DNA from: Danionella cerebrum
Taxonomy: Eukaryota
NCBI GenBank assembly: GCA_007224835.1
Contig: SRMA01025500.1
Span: forward strand, 85,870-149,869
Direction of reading: 5' to 3'
Length of the DNA: 64,000 nt
Shown: positions 25,030 to 37,704 of the stretch, in pieces
Layout of the letters: every line of letters starts with the position of its first letter
Position numbering within the stretch: position 1 is the first letter of the stretch
Program-made: the position numbers and the translations under genes
Notes under the pieces: generated by a model
The model's database searches: none
What the model was told of the DNA's origin: nothing
Seen by the model: the letters and a program-made list of their open reading frames with translations, nothing else

Positions 25030-26360
25030 GGAAATGTTCATGATTAATTAATCGGAAGTTCTGTGAACACTTGCTGTCTGGTTTACAGTTGTGCTCATGT
25101 GTTTTCATTTCTTTTTCAGAAAAGAAGATATGCAGTGGTTGGGTGAAGCCATTTTTTAGTGAAACAACTGTATTTACTCTGTTTAAACCATGATCACAAC
25201 AGAAACTTCTACAAAAGCTTACACACACCAGCTCTTAATATATTGTATTCCCCTCTTTAACATCAATGACAGCTTTAAGTTTCTTGAGGTAGTTGTTGAT
25301 GAGGTTCTTCTCAGTTTGTAAAGCAGCACATTCTTCTCTGCAAAAAGCCTCCAGCTCTTGTAAATTCTTGCAAGAACTTCATATTGGAGTTCTCCCCAGA
25401 TTGGTTCAATGAAATTGAGGTCAAGAGACTGCGATGGCCACTTCAGAACCTTCACTTTTGTTCGGGTGTAAGGAGGGAACGTGGCCTTGTATTTTGCATC
25501 ATTGTTGTGTTGGAATGTCCAGTAATGTCCCATGCACATCTTCCAAGCTGATAAGTGCAAAGTATCCTTTGCAATTTTGCTGCATTCATCTTCCTATCCA
25601 TTTTGAACAAGTTTCCTATGCCTTTGGAGCTCAAACATCCCAAACATCAGTGACCCAGTAATCTTTACTCTTGTAACGTCATCTAAGGTCTCATCACTCC
25701 AAATAACGTGTTTGGCTTATTGTAATTGGGCTCCTTTATGGCATTTTCTTCTGGAAACTTGACCATACAACCTATTTTTCTTCAAGCGGCGGCTCCTTTT
25801 TGAGTTCCTTAAAAGAGCTGTGCCATATTTTTTCAGAGAACCCTGTATTTCAGCTGAAGTTTTTTGGGGTGTTGTCTTTGTATCCCCAACAAATGTTGTG
25901 GGCTGTTGTAGCAGAATTTTTAGTTTTTATTTCAAGAGAATTTCTCACTTTCCACTTCATAATCAGAGTTTGAACAGCTGATTGTCATCCCCATTTCTTT
26001 GGAAATATTTCCCTTTCCTTTTTTTGTAGTTTCTTTATGTTTTCCTGTAGATCATTTGAGAGTCTTTTGCTTTCATCATTGGCTGAAAGGCAAGGGTCTT
26101 TCAGGAGCCAAGAATGCACAAACATTGATTACAAGCAAACAGGTCGAGGTGAGGATGGTTACCTTTACCAGCCAATCGAATGCTTTTTTTGTCTATATTA
26201 TGTGAATGTTATAAGGTCAAATTCACCAGTGTATGTAAACTTTTGATCAGAAACCATTGTTTCACAATAAATGGCTTCACTCAACCACTAACCATGAGTG
26301 CACAAAATGCTTTTGTATAATCATATCAGAAAATTTGCCTGGGTATGTAAACTTATGAGC
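25030..26360 (-). mobile_element. Tc1-like transposon (degenerate) in parp4 intron
   Basis: Minus ORF 25219-25560 has ...HNNDAKYKATF...KVKVLKWPSQSLDLNFIEPIWGEL (DDE-region transposase). Terminal gtatgtaaacttttgatcag / gggtatgtaaacttatgagcac motifs at 26220-26350. Confidence 0.6.
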
Positions 26361-26583
26361 ACAACTGCGTGTTATTTTGAATTTGTACTGTCTTTTATTG
26401 ATTTTTACTTTTTACTGGGTTTCAACACATCCACTGGTGTAAGAGAATAGCTCTTTAAGGCACGATGTGTAAGTGTAACTCCTCTAGTTAAAAAATGTTT
26501 TGCTCTATCGTGTGTGTGGTTGCTGCTTTAGAAATGTATCTGCTTAAAGGGTTTAAATAATATTGATCATTTCCCTCTCAAAG

Positions 26584-26767
26584 GACCAGTGTGAAATACT
26601 CCAAGCCCAGTGCCACTGATGGCTCTCGGCTGCTGCTGGTGTGTGATGTTGCTTTGGGTTTGTCCAAGTGCCTCCAGAAGAAAGACACCAGTTTGACATG
26701 CCCACCTTACGGCTTCCACAGTGTGCACGGAGTCCGCCGGACACTCCATAAACGCTCTGATTTCGAG
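26584..26767 (+). CDS. parp4: parp4 exon (PARP catalytic)
   Basis: Acceptor ttccctctcaaag. KTSVKYSKPSATDGSRLLLVCDVALG...YGFHSVHGVRRTLHKRSDFE matches human STSIKYSHPGETDGTRLLLICDVALG...GYDSVHGVSQTASVTTDFE. Donor GAG|gtattt. Confidence 0.9.
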
Positions 26768-26869
26768 GTATTTTCATATGTTACTTCTATTCTACCAAAT
26801 GTTCTGCCTGCTGTAATGAAGTCTGAAGTCCTTGTGTTCCTTATGTTTGTCTTCTGTGGTCGTGTACAG

Positions 26870-27011
26870 GATGATGAGTTTGTGGTCTACAACACCGAGC
26901 AGATCAGACTGAAGTATGTGGTGCAGTTTACTCTAGAGGGTGACGAGTTAAAAGAATTCAATCCACAAATCAACACATCTGAAGATCTCAAGGAAATTCC
27001 AACGGATGTCT
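26870..27011 (+). CDS. parp4: parp4 exon (end of PARP catalytic domain, catalytic Glu in DDEFVVY)
   Basis: Acceptor cgtgtacag. DDEFVVYNTEQIRLKYVVQFTLEGDELKEFNPQ... matches human DDEFVVYKTNQVKMKYIIKFSMPGDQIKDFHPS. Donor T|gtgagc, phase 1. Confidence 0.8.
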
Positions 27012-27866
27012 GTGAGCATCGAGTTTATAAGATGTCTATAAGATACAGTCCCCCAAATAGCTCCTCAGTGTCCTGACTTCTAATTCCTTTCTTATATAGT
27101 GTAATTATAACTATATCGAGATGATTCTGATGGTGTCCATGAGAATAACACGAAAACTAAACTCCTCTACAGAAGAAATCCAAAATATTTTACTCCGTTG
27201 CACTCTATAACAGGAGGCAGGACTGGCCCGCATCAAGTATTCCATATATTACAAGTTCAATTAAGTTTGCAAGTAGCGATGGGTGGGCCCCTCACACGAT
27301 GTGGTCCATGGGAGCCAAAGCCCCCACCCCCTGGTCTTAAGTACAGGTTATAAAAGTACATCAAAACACAATTCATGAAGCCAACAGGTGGCACTATGAG
27401 TGTTGCTTCAGAATGTTAGGGTCATCGTTCCATCGTTCATCGTAACAAGTTCATTTATCCCTATAGGTTTGACATAGGGGGCCACAGGAAACGATGTGAC
27501 GAACTTCTGCATTTTATTTATAAGTTTTAGTCCCTAATGCCTTAAGAGCAGCCAGAAAAATTTAAACTCGAAGCAGTTTCTCTACGAAGAGTTTGTTAAA
27601 GTGCAACAAAGAGCATTTTCACATTCAAGGGGACGCTGCTGAGTCAATATGCAGTCGCGCTCATGGTGTCAGATTACCATCTTTATCAAGCATGTCATTT
27701 TGGGCAAAATTTGGTGGGATTTCTAATGGGCAGTGGGCAGTGAGTTTATCAAGTTTATCAGCAGGATGGCGAGGACCGTCACAGTCAACCCACAGACCAG
27801 CTCAACATTATCTTGCTGCTGATGGTTTATCACTGTTTTTGAATGCAGTTATGTTTTTCTTGTCAG

Positions 27867-28009
27867 TGTCCTTTGATGACAGTGACAGTTTGGAGTCTAC
27901 TAAGAATCCTCTAAAGGAGATGGACGCTGGCTTACTGGACAGTAGGGGCCAGAAAGTTCCTCTTAAGGCTGTCAACGTTAGGTGCAAGATGATAGACCTT
28001 CTGTGTCAG
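27867..28009 (+). CDS. parp4: parp4 exon (linker before VIT domain)
   Basis: Acceptor ttttcttgtcag. LSFDDSDSLESTKNPLKEMDAGLLDSRGQKVPLKAVNVRCKMIDLLCQ matches human ...AGLQDASGNLVPLEDVHIKGRIIDTVAQ. Donor CAG|gtgtgt. Confidence 0.8.
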
Positions 28010-28124
28010 GTGTGTTTCTAAAACCGTGAACAAGGCTTTCACTTTGCAAAGGCCCGTTTCAGATCAAAGACGTCAAGAACATTCGTAGAATTCATAAACA
28101 TAACTTTCTTTGCTCTTTCACCAG

Positions 28125-28256
28125 GTCAACATTTTTCAGACTTATACCAACCAGAGCGCTGTTCCCATCGAAGCAAAGTATGTCTTTCCATTGGAGGAAA
28201 CGGCTGCTGTGTGTGGGTTCGAGGCCTTTATCAATGGAAAGCACATCATTGGAAAG
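28125..28256 (+). CDS. parp4: parp4 exon (VIT domain)
   Basis: VNIFQTYTNQSAVPIEAKYVFPLEETAAVCGFEAFINGKHIIGK is near-identical to human VIVFQTYTNKSHVPIEAKYIFPLDDKAAVCGFEAFINGKHIVGE. Donor AAG|gtgaaa. Confidence 0.9.
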
Positions 28257-28328
28257 GTGAAAGCATTTAGGTGTTCATCACATGCAGCTTTTGCTCTAGA
28301 AACTCATGGATCACTTCAATGTCTGTAG

Positions 28329-28415
28329 GTAAAAGAAAAAGAGCAGGCTCGTAAGGAGTACAAGCAAGCCATAGAGAAAGGCCATGGTGCATATCTAATG
28401 GACCAGGATGAACCT
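28329..28415 (+). CDS. parp4: parp4 exon (VIT domain)
   Basis: Acceptor tgtctgtag. VKEKEQARKEYKQAIEKGHGAYLMDQDEP matches human IKEKEEAQQEYLEAVTQGHGAYLMSQDAP. Donor CCT|gtgagt. Confidence 0.9.
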
Positions 28416-28489
28416 GTGAGTGGCAGAACACCCTTTTCTATTGCTTTAAGCCCCATAATGAAACTGATGTTGTTGCGTGTCACTTTAAG

Positions 28490-28654
28490 GATGTGTTTAC
28501 CATCAGCGTGGGAAATCTTCCTCCTGGAGCCACAGTTTTGATTAAAGTAACGTTCATCACTGAGCTGGTGGTCAGATCGGGCTCTATACTCTTCTCGTTG
28601 TCTGGGAGCGTGGCACCATGGCAACAGAGTGCCGCACTTAATCAAACAACTCAG
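28490..28654 (+). CDS. parp4: parp4 exon (VIT domain)
   Basis: Acceptor cactttaag. DVFTISVGNLPPGATVLIKVTFITELVV...VAPWQQSAALNQTTQ matches human DVFTVSVGNLPPKAKVLIKITYITELSI...VAPWQQDKALNENLQ. Donor CAG|gttgat. Confidence 0.9.
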
Positions 28655-29746
28655 GTTGATCTTTTGATATTCAGTTTACAGTGGTATGCAAAAGTTTGGG
28701 CACCCCAGTAAATTTCTGTTAAATATAAAACGTAGTGAAATTTGAGAAGGTAATATGATTTAATGAAAGTGTGCAATAGTCACTCATAAAGTAAAGTTAA
28801 ATAAAGTTAGGCATTTGCATACATTTAGGCACTGTATTGATTTCATTGTATATATCACCGTATTGATATTCGAGCTCAAAATTGGTTTGGTAACCCCAGT
28901 GACCCTTGACCTCCACACACAGGTGAATCCAATCTTGAGAAAGAATTTCTCTGCTTTGCTCTAAAGAGTCGCAACACGGGAACCTCAAAACAACTCTCAG
29001 ATGAGCTAAACAATGATTGTTGAACATGTTTAGGGGAAGGATACAGAAAGCTCAGTTGTTACTGTGAGGAACATTGTGAGGAATTGGAAGACCAGAAGTA
29101 CAGTTCTAGTACTTTTGCCCAAAGTGGCAGACCAAGAAAAATCTCAGATCAGTAGAGATGCAGGATGGTGAGAAGTCACAGTCAACCCACAGACCAGCTT
29201 CAAAGACCATCTTTCTGTCAGTTGGCGTCACCTGTTCAACTATTCAGCACATTTTACAGAAGGAGATGCTTGGCCGAATAATGTGGAAAAATATTTTCCT
29301 CTGCACTTGCCACGAACGTTGTCGCTTGAGGAATGCTGAAGCACATTTGGAAAGGTCAGCTTCATTTTAAATAAGGTGCTATGGACTGGCAAATCAAGGA
29401 GGATGCATGGAGGAAAAACAACACAGCCTTCCCAGATGGGTATTCATTCAGAGGAACAAGTACAATGTTCTGAACTGTAGATGTTTTGTAAAGAATCTAG
29501 AATCCAGTGTAAGCTGTAGAAAGAGGCTGTTTCTGCATTAGGACGCTGCACAAAATATTTATTTTTTTAGTGGTGCCTACATTTATCCACCTGCCTAATT
29601 GTGTTTAAATAATTCTTGCGCACTTTCCGTATATCATATTAACTTTATTTCACTTCTCAAATCTCATAACATAACATTTATTTTCCATGGCTCTGTAGTT
29701 TCGCCTTTGGATGTATTTTGGCTGATACAGTTTTGTCATATTTCAG

Positions 29747-29790
29747 ACAACTGTTCAGAAGATCGGGGTGTTGGAGCTTCAGACAGAAGG
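29747..29790 (+). CDS. parp4: parp4 small exon
   Basis: Acceptor catatttcag. TTVQKIGVLELQTEG matches human DTVEKICIKEIGTKQ. Donor GG|gtgaga, phase 2. Confidence 0.75.
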
Positions 29791-29934
29791 GTGAGAATTC
29801 TCAAGAAAACTCACTTGAACAGGAAACAGAAGTGCTTTAATTAATTCATGCTGCAAACCCAATAGTGTCTTTTTAATGCTTTGCCCTAGATACATAGTTG
29901 TTACTTGCTGTTTGTTTCTGTTCTCTTTCTCTAG

Positions 29935-30013
29935 GGAGTTTTCTCTGTCAATGTCCATTGAAATGCCGTATGAGATCATCAACATGACTTGCTCACATCG
30001 CATCAAAACCAAG
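29935..30013 (+). CDS. parp4: parp4 exon
   Basis: Acceptor ttctctttctctag. EFSLSMSIEMPYEIINMTCSHRIKTK matches human SFSLTMSIEMPYVIEFIFSDTHELKQK. Donor AAG|gttctt. Confidence 0.85.
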
Positions 30014-30029
30014 GTTCTTTGAGCTTTTT

Positions 30030-31500
30030 TTAATCAAGAATTCTTGATACACACAAGAACTTGCCACCAGTGATTTTGTTTCTGGAAAGTATTCATAGCG
30101 CCTCACTTTTTATTCCAAAATGGATTAAATTCATTTATTTTCTCAAAATTCTACACACATTACCCCATAATGACAATGTGGAAAACGATTTTTTGAAATT
30201 GTTGCCAATTTATTAAAAATACAAAACCTGAAAAATCACATGTACATACCGTATTCACAGCCTTTGCCGTGAAGCTCTAAATGGAGTTCAGGTACATTCT
30301 GTTTCCACTGATAATTCTTGAGATGTTTCAGCAGCTTCATTGGAGTTCACCGGTGGTAAATTCAGTTGATTGGACATGATTTGAAAAGGCATACACCCGT
30401 CTATATAAGGTGCAGGTTTGATGGTGCAAGTCAAAGCACAAACCAAGCATGAAGACAAAGCAATTGTCTGTAGACCTCCGAGACAATATTGTCTTGAGGC
30501 ACAAGGCTGGGGAAGGTTACTGAAAAATTTCTGCTGCTCATAGTTCCAATGAGTGGCCTCCATCATCCGTAAGTGGAAGATGTTTGGAACCAACATCTTG
30601 TGTAGTAGTCAAAGTGAAACAAAATGAAGACAGAAAATCCTAAATTCTGTTTAGTAAAAAAGACATAAAAACCAAAAGTACTCACAGTAGGGAACCCCTC
30701 TTTAGCCAACACTTGATATTGGGAATATACACAAGAGAAAGCTTTACATTAAACTTTCAGGAATTTGCTGAACTGCTACAGGAATGTACCACAATGTGAC
30801 TAAAACAAACCAACAAGGAACAGATAATTGGCTTATCATGAGTGAGCAAACTAGGGAGAGGTCATGCTAGCTAAACTAATCTCATGATGAACTGATGTAA
30901 TATGTCTCATAGACATAATGACCCAGCAGCTAAGTGCCATTTCTGAGCCCTTGGCTGTAGAACACAAAACACAACAAAGATAGAGACATCTATTATTTTG
31001 TAGAAGCACCGTAATTTTTAAAGACGGCACCAAGTCTTCTAGGTATGGAATGAACAAGTTTCCCCTTCGCCCTGTTCTTCTTCAGAAATGCTGCAGTAGC
31101 TTCAGATGTGTGTTTTGGATCATTGTCATGTTGGAGAAGTGCTCAAGACCAAGTGCTCGGGGTGATGGCAGCATCTTCTCCTGCAGTATAGAGTAGAACA
31201 TTGTCGAGTTCATGAAATGCAGCTCCCCAACATCAGCAGCACCCCTACAGTCCCACATAATGACACTGTCACCACCATGTTTCACTGTAGGCACCAGGCA
31301 TTTTTTTAAAAATCCTCACCTTCACGATGCAGTACAGTTTCCTAAAACAGTGATCATCAGAAGAAGCTCCTGTTGAGACTTCCATGGAAGTGGACGTATC
31401 TGTAAGATGGTTGAACTTCCATCTTTCTTACATTTTTGGATAGCATTTTCGCTTCAGTTTTCTTCCATGGGGAGTCATTGCTGACAGCATGAAATGGGAA
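30030..31500. mobile_element. Tc1-like transposon remnant, rearranged (both orientations)
   Basis: Plus strand 30430-30600: MKTKQLSVDLRDNIVLRHKAGEGY.KISAA (transposase N-terminus). Minus 31082-31294: PTVKHGGDSVIMWDC (middle of transposase). End motif aaagtattcatagcgcctcac at ~30085. Confidence 0.55.
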
Positions 31501-32276
31501 GGGCTTTTTTTTCTAAGGAATCCCCTTTTATAGTCACCTGTCAGCTCCTAAATTCTTTCTGTTAATTAGAATTGTATAGTTGTAAGACTATAATTGGGGT
31601 ATACTGATTTTTTGATTGAATTCGTTTTTGTGTGTGTCCAAGTGAACAAATCTTGTTTGTAATCAATATTTGGTAGTATAGGATAGTTTATATATACTGT
31701 ATAGTTTTGTACAGTTTCCAATGGTATTTACAGTTAATAAATATATGTGTAGGGAGGTTTGTCATTGCTTAGACAACACATAAAATGTTTTTTGAAATGA
31801 GTTTGGGGTCACATTAGCCAGTCTACTGCAAAAATAATATAATCTCTGAAAAGAACCTCTTCCAGAATATCCTTTAATTCTTTTCAACAGTTAAGTCCTC
31901 ATCTCTCATTAACCTTGTTTTGAATCAACGACCAAGCTTTCCAATATGCAAAACACCTGCAGTTGCACTGGGTCCAGTCCGAACTCCAATCACAGGTTGA
32001 CCAAAAAGATATAAAACTTTTGTTTTTCTTTTAAAATTAAAAATCCCATAAACAAATGATTGCTGCTGACTGCTCCAGTCGGTTTACACTGTGTGTGTGT
32101 GTGTGTGTGTGAACTGTGGACGTGTATGGGTGAAATGCTGAGATTTCAAATTCACAGTATGGGTCACTCCACAAATGGTCATCGTTTAAATTTCAGTGCA
32201 CTTCAAATCAACTTGCGTCCAGTTTAAACCAGTTCACAGTAGTAGTATTACCGTTATTTGTGATCTTTCTTACCAG

Positions 32277-32414
32277 ATGACAGACTGCAAGGCAGTGATC
32301 AGCACATTGCCTGGACAAAATCTTGGATCAGAGGGTTTACAGCTGTCCTTCAGCTTGTCAAACATTCACATGCCCAGGATGTGGGTTGAGAACCATCCAG
32401 ATAAATCTAGTCAG
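32277..32414 (+). CDS. parp4: parp4 exon
   Basis: Acceptor tctttcttaccag. MTDCKAVISTLPGQNLGSEGLQLSFSLSNIHMPRMWVENHPDKSSQ matches human RTDCKAVISTMEGSSLDSSGFSLHIGLSAAYLPRMWVEKHPEKESE. Donor CAG|gtaaaa. Confidence 0.9.
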
Positions 32415-32530
32415 GTAAAAAAAAACAGGTTCATCTGTCTTCAAAGTACAGCATATGTGCAATGAGCTAGAGAAGACCTCTTCTTCATCTAATACAAAAT
32501 ACATAACTTATGCCCTTCTGTTGTCTGCAG

Positions 32531-32738
32531 GCCTGCATGCTGGTGTTTTACCCTGACTTTAAGCCAAGTGGCATCTCAGTTTCCGACAGTTTGTCTAGTG
32601 TCAGTGATGTGGTGATTCTGCTGGACTCCTCCATGTCCATGCAAGGAGACGCCATGCTGAACGCCCGCAGGATTGCTATTCAAATCCTCAAATCTCTGGA
32701 GCGCTCCCTTAAGATCAACATCATCTCCTTCAGCACTG
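32531..32738 (+). CDS. parp4: parp4 exon (vWA domain, DxSxS MIDAS motif DSSMS)
   Basis: Acceptor ttgtctgcag. ACMLVFYPDF...VVILLDSSMSMQGDAMLNARRIAIQILKSLERSLKINIISFST matches human ACMLVFQPDL...VIICLDCSSSMEGVTFLQAKQIALHALSLVGEKQKVNIIQFGT. Donor G|gtctgt, phase 1. Confidence 0.9.
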
Positions 32739-32817
32739 GTCTGTGCTCACTGAAGATATTCATTCGTTCACTTTTAATCTAGTGATGCATGCTATAATAA
32801 TGCTATAATAATTACAG

Positions 32818-32888
32818 ACTATAAGGAAGCATTTCCTGCACCAATTCCCCTGACTGAGGCATCAGAGGAGGCCAGAGCATTTATTATG
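32818..32888 (+). CDS. parp4: parp4 exon (vWA)
   Basis: Acceptor ataataattacag. DYKEAFPAPIPLTEASEEARAFIM matches human GYKELFSYPKHITSNTMAAEFIM. Donor ATG|gtgagt. Confidence 0.8.
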
Positions 32889-34468
32889 GTGAGTAATGTT
32901 TCACAAAGAAAGTTCTCTAAGGTTTACACACAACGCCTGCTGAACCTGACATTGGCAACACAGAGGACCTGTCTGAACTTCAATATCTTCCTTTATTTGC
33001 GCAAGTGTAAGTAATCGTGTAGCATCAGCCCTTTGCATCACTTCGATCGTCTTCGAAATCTTACATACAGTACGTTAAAATCCTAAACCACAAGTATATG
33101 AATATCTTGAAAGATTTCATCATGTGTACACATCTCAAATTACTAACACTGTTCAAACAAACAATTCATTACACTCTCTTTTTCATTCAAGATTATGTTC
33201 TGTCAAAATAAAGCTAGACAAAATTAGCATTTCCTTAAGGATGTGGTAGTGCATAATACATATATCCTCCATAATTGTGTGATTTAGTAGCGATTCATAA
33301 GTGCATGATGGAACAACTTCCAAGAAATCAGAAAAGCTAGAGATAAGAGATTTGAGATTAGAAAAGGAGATTTTTTTTTTTAAACCGGAACGACCAATAA
33401 ATGTTTAAAGTAGGACTAACAACGAGGTACCAGCCAAATAACCATTATCTCAGAGTGTAAACCTATTTCCACCGACCGTCCACCAACCGCAGTGACTGCC
33501 AATGTAAACGCAGATTATGGAAGCGACTCTATCTTTCACAGAAAGAAATTCATCCAGAAAATTAGGCGCGATGATGCATTTATAGCTTACATGTATAGCA
33601 TTATTTAGAGTTCAACAGAGTAGGTTTTCTGCCTAAATTAATATGGTGGACAAGAAATTTAGCTGAATATGGTGAAATTAGTACCTATGTCCTCACCAAA
33701 GTTCTGATTCAAGTTTTTCTAGTCAACAGCTTTTTGATCATAGCATTTTTATAAATTTAGTTTATTTCTTTTTACAATAAAGTGGCGGTGTCACAAAACT
33801 TGTTGAGCATACATTTAAAATGGCTCAGTAAGCTTGGCAGAACATATTGGGACCAGCTTTATTATCTTTTTTATAAACTGATATGTAATAACAGACAATA
33901 AGCCAATTTGTATATCTCCTTGCCACTAGGGGACACTCTGCTGAAATGCAAAAGGCAAACCCAGATCATTCTTTTAATAACATATGCAAAAGTTACTACC
34001 ATTTTCTTAAACGTAATTTAATTTTGTTGGGTACATTCAGGACATGTTCCCAAACATGCAAGCCAACTTTTGTAAAGATATGTTGTTGCATTTGCTTTTG
34101 ACTAAATCCAAGATGGCCGACATTTAAAATGGCTGACGTACTAAAAATGTACATGATTCGACTCAATGATGGTCCAAAAGCATAAAATTGAGACCAATTT
34201 TATGATGAACATAAGAATAACAGAATAATAAGGCAAAAAAGCTATTGCATCCCTTGATCCCTAGAGGGCACTGATCTATTCAGAAACACTTTTCTTCATG
34301 AGATGCATCTCAGTACTTATTCATCTCAACACTCAGCCCAATGGTTCCAAACTATGTACTATGAGTTCAGTCAGTTTAAAATGGACACATTCAACTTAAA
34401 TATGTTTTTGAGTATTTAACAGATTTTCAGATTTCTTTATTACAGTATTTCATTTGTCCTGTCCACAG

Positions 34469-34656
34469 ACCTGTGGAAACACTGGTGGCAGCACTGATCT
34501 CTGGCGTCCACTGCGTAGCCTGAGTTTGCTGCCTCCCAGTCGTGGCATGAGGAACATTGTGCTGCTTTCTGATGGGCACATTCAGAACCAGCCTCTGACC
34601 CTGCAGCTGGTCCAAGAAAACTCCTCCCACACACGCTTCTTCACCTGCGGACTTAG
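34469..34656 (+). CDS. parp4: parp4 exon (vWA)
   Basis: Acceptor tcctgtccacag. TCGNTGGSTDLWRPLRSLSLLPPSRGMRNIVLLSDGHIQNQPLTLQLVQENSSHTRFFTCGL matches human TMGNTDFWKTLRYLSLLYPARGSRNILLVSDGHLQDESLTLQLVKRSRPHTRLFACGI. Donor AG|gtctga. Confidence 0.9.
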
Positions 34657-34739
34657 GTCTGACTTTAAGTAAATCTCACTGACTCTTTGTTTTGATTAAC
34701 TTCTAAATTCTAAGCTTCATTCTGCGGGTCTTTGTCTAG

Positions 34740-34839
34740 CACGAATGCTAATCGTCATATGCTGAGAGCTTTGGCTCAGGCAGGTGGAGGAACATATGAG
34801 TATTTTGACACAAAGATGAAACACACTTGGATGGAAAAG
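34740..34839 (+). CDS. parp4: parp4 exon (vWA end)
   Basis: Acceptor ctttgtctag. STNANRHMLRALAQAGGGTYEYFDTKMKHTWMEK matches human GSTANRHVLRILSQCGAGVFEYFNAKSKHSWRKQ. Donor AAG|gtaatt. Confidence 0.9.
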
Positions 34840-34919
34840 GTAATTGTGCCTGGCCAGCTTGTTGGTTATCACCTGTATCTGGGCAACATGAGTTGAACAT
34901 GAGTTGCTGCTGGTTTCAG

Positions 34920-35090
34920 GTGCGCTCTCAGGTTCAACGGATGGAGTCTCCTGGATGCAGATCAGTGGCTGTTAAGTGGCAACAGTTTAATCCTACAGCA
35001 CCCCCTCCTGTTCAAGCTCCGTCACAACTTCATGCCCTCTTCAGTGACTGGCATACTCTCGTTTATGGCTTTGTTCCACATTGCACTCAG
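34920..35090 (+). CDS. parp4: parp4 exon
   Basis: Acceptor ctgctggtttcag. VRSQVQRMESPGCRSVAVKWQQFNPTAPPPVQAPSQLHALFSDWHTLVYGFVPHCTQ matches human IEDQMTRLCSPSCHSVSVKWQQLNPDVPEALQAPAQVPSLFLNDRLLVYGFIPHCTQ. Donor CAG|gtaaac. Confidence 0.9.
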
Positions 35091-35529
35091 GTAAACTTGC
35101 TTCTGTATAGGTTGATCGTTTGCTTGTCAGGTTTCTGTTGCTGATAGTTAGCTTTGGTCATCAGTTTGTTTCACTTAATTATGTGATTTGTACAGTGCTG
35201 GTGAGTGCTTGTTTGCTGATTGGTAGCTAAGCCCTTGCACCTGTAGCCTGCACGTTAGCACCTGATCACCTGACTGTATGGTGCTGAAAAGTACAAAGTT
35301 GAACAATTTCTCTTTGTAAAAAATGGATCCTATATGGAAATCCAAATCTCTTTTTTTTGACACCATTCATTTTTTCCGATGTGTTGTCATGTACAGGACT
35401 TTAATAAGAGTAAGAATGACTAATAAGAAACATTTCTTTTCAATTGTTCTGATTAGTGTTTGAGGTTCTCTTTAAAATATACATTTAACTTAATTTCTCA
35501 GTTATTTTCTTATTTAATTCCTTCTTTAG

Positions 35530-35610
35530 GCTACACTGTTTGGTGATTTGAGTGGACAGGAAATCAAAACAATGGTTTCCACTACAGAACTACAGAAGAC
35601 AAAGGGAACT
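35530..35610 (+). CDS. parp4: parp4 exon
   Basis: Acceptor ccttctttag. ATLFGDLSGQEIKTMVSTTELQKTKGT matches human ATLCALIQEKEFRTMVSTTELQKTTGT. Donor ACT|gtaagt. Confidence 0.9.
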
Positions 35611-35689
35611 GTAAGTGAACATCTGATATAGTTCATAAAATATATATGATATAGATCAGGTGATTGAGGGTTTGTGCTTGCTTGGGTAG

Positions 35690-35770
35690 TTTCTTCACAA
35701 GTTAACAGCAAGAGCGATCATCAGAGACTACGAAGATGGCATTCTTGGCAACAGTGAAGCTGAGCACGAG
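35690..35770 (+). CDS. parp4: parp4 exon
   Basis: Acceptor cttgggtag. FLHKLTARAIIRDYEDGILGNSEAEHE matches human MIHKLAARALIRDYEDGILHENETSHE. Donor GAG|gtttgc. Confidence 0.9.
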
Positions 35771-35843
35771 GTTTGCTTTTCGTTTGGTTCAATCTTTGTC
35801 TGGTTTCTGTTGACTAATCGCTGTAACTTCACCACTCTCTCAG

Positions 35844-35939
35844 GGGAAGAAAGCAGAGCTGAAATCCTACATCATCGAGCTAAGCAAAGAGTTCTCCATC
35901 TTGTCCCAGTTCACAAGCTTTGTTGCCATCGAAGAGAGG
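35844..35939 (+). CDS. parp4: parp4 exon
   Basis: Acceptor accactctctcag. GKKAELKSYIIELSKEFSILSQFTSFVAIEER matches human MKKQTLKSLIIKLSKENSLITQFTSFVAVEKR. Donor AGG|gtagga. Confidence 0.9.
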
Positions 35940-37704
35940 GTAGGATTATTGTTAAGTTTGTGAAAACAAAAATTCACGTCAAACTACTGAAAACCAACCC
36001 CCCATTGATTCTAAACCAAGTAAAAAGACTCTGAAAGCAAGGATTAAGAAGATTTAACAGAAAACCCACCTTTATTTTGCTTAAACATGACAGTGAGCTA
36101 ACAAGAAGCACTGCTAAGAAAGAGAGGAAAGAAGAGCTGAGAGAGCTTTGTAGAACATAGTTGTACTACTTTATTTAACCCGTAGAAGTCTGGGGTCTTT
36201 TTGAGCGTTTTTATTACTTTACAATTTGCTCCAAAAAATTACAATTATAACAGTTTTTACTGCAGTGTTTGATATCGTTTTTTAGTACAACTCCAGCTTT
36301 TTTTCACAAATATTTTTTTCATTCAATTACACAATAATTCCAACGTAATTCAGTCTGTTTTATACAAAAATCAAAAGTGTTGACAAAATAAAAATTCATT
36401 AATATCTATGTAAAGATTACTTTTCCAAGCACTTTTTGTGCTTTTTGTGTCAAACTTTGAAAAATACAAGCTATATCACAGGGTTTGTACATCCAAAGGT
36501 TTTGCTTTTCTTTTTTACCACTAGAAGACACTGATGCCATTTATTTGCGGTCCGTAAAATGAAACTGAAAGTTTCTCACATTTTCATTTTAATTAAATAT
36601 CACAATCCAAATTAAACAATAGCTGGGTTGCGTTATTCCTAAATATTTCAAATTCGAAATGTTTATTTCTATTACAAAAATATGTCAAAGCATATTTTTA
36701 AAGTTGCAAAGCTGCACAAGAGCACTGTGTGCTGACTTCTAAAGTTAAAGTATTTTTTTAAATTGTAAAGTATTTTTTTTACTAAACTATTCACATATAC
36801 TCATATTTTGAAAAATATATATATTATTACATATATTAAATGCTAACAGTTAATATTTTCTTTTTCTTTTTTTTTTAAATTAATGCATTTCTTACGTGAT
36901 TTCTATACTTTAAATAAAATACACACATAAGCAAATATAGTTGCCATACCACATACAATCTGTCAATCGTTGCATATTGTTCAAATACACTACCTTTTTT
37001 GCGGCTGGTAATAGCTACTAAATTAAACTGCTGTACAAATCTTATCAGATCAACATATTTTCACAAATCTCTTTATTTTCCTCAGTTCGAATCAAACTAG
37101 TTGTTGACCCTTTAATTGCAAAGATCTTAGATGATGTCACTGATTTCTGAATTTTATTTTATTTTTTATCTCTTATCACAGTCCTGAACATGTCAAACAT
37201 TAGTAACAACACTGGCAATGATGGATTTGTAGTTTTTGTGCAGCACCAGATTTAATTTTTTTTCTCCCTCATTTATTATTAGTGCCCCACTGGCTTCCAT
37301 TATAACAACATTTTTGGATCGCAATGCCATGGCACCAAATAATCATACATTCTTGATTGTTGTTGCTCTTTCCTGTTGGTTGATCACCATTTTGAACCAC
37401 AAACCCTGAGAGATAGCCCTGTGCAACTTGAAAGGGTGGTACATTTTGAGTGCATTTTTGAAGTTTTGTAAATTTTAAAGCATTTTCTTAAAATATGTGT
37501 AAAAATCTCCAAAGATCATTCAATTTGATGAAAAGTTTTGACTCAAAATAACTGTGAAGTGGCTGAAACATCCCCAACAACACATAAGGGTTTAAAATCC
37601 CATTATATTCATAAATTAGAATGATTACTGTTATAGTAGAATCTAGTAGAATGATTACCAAAATTATTTTAGATGAATAAGAGTCATTAATTTGGTGTCT
37701 GCAG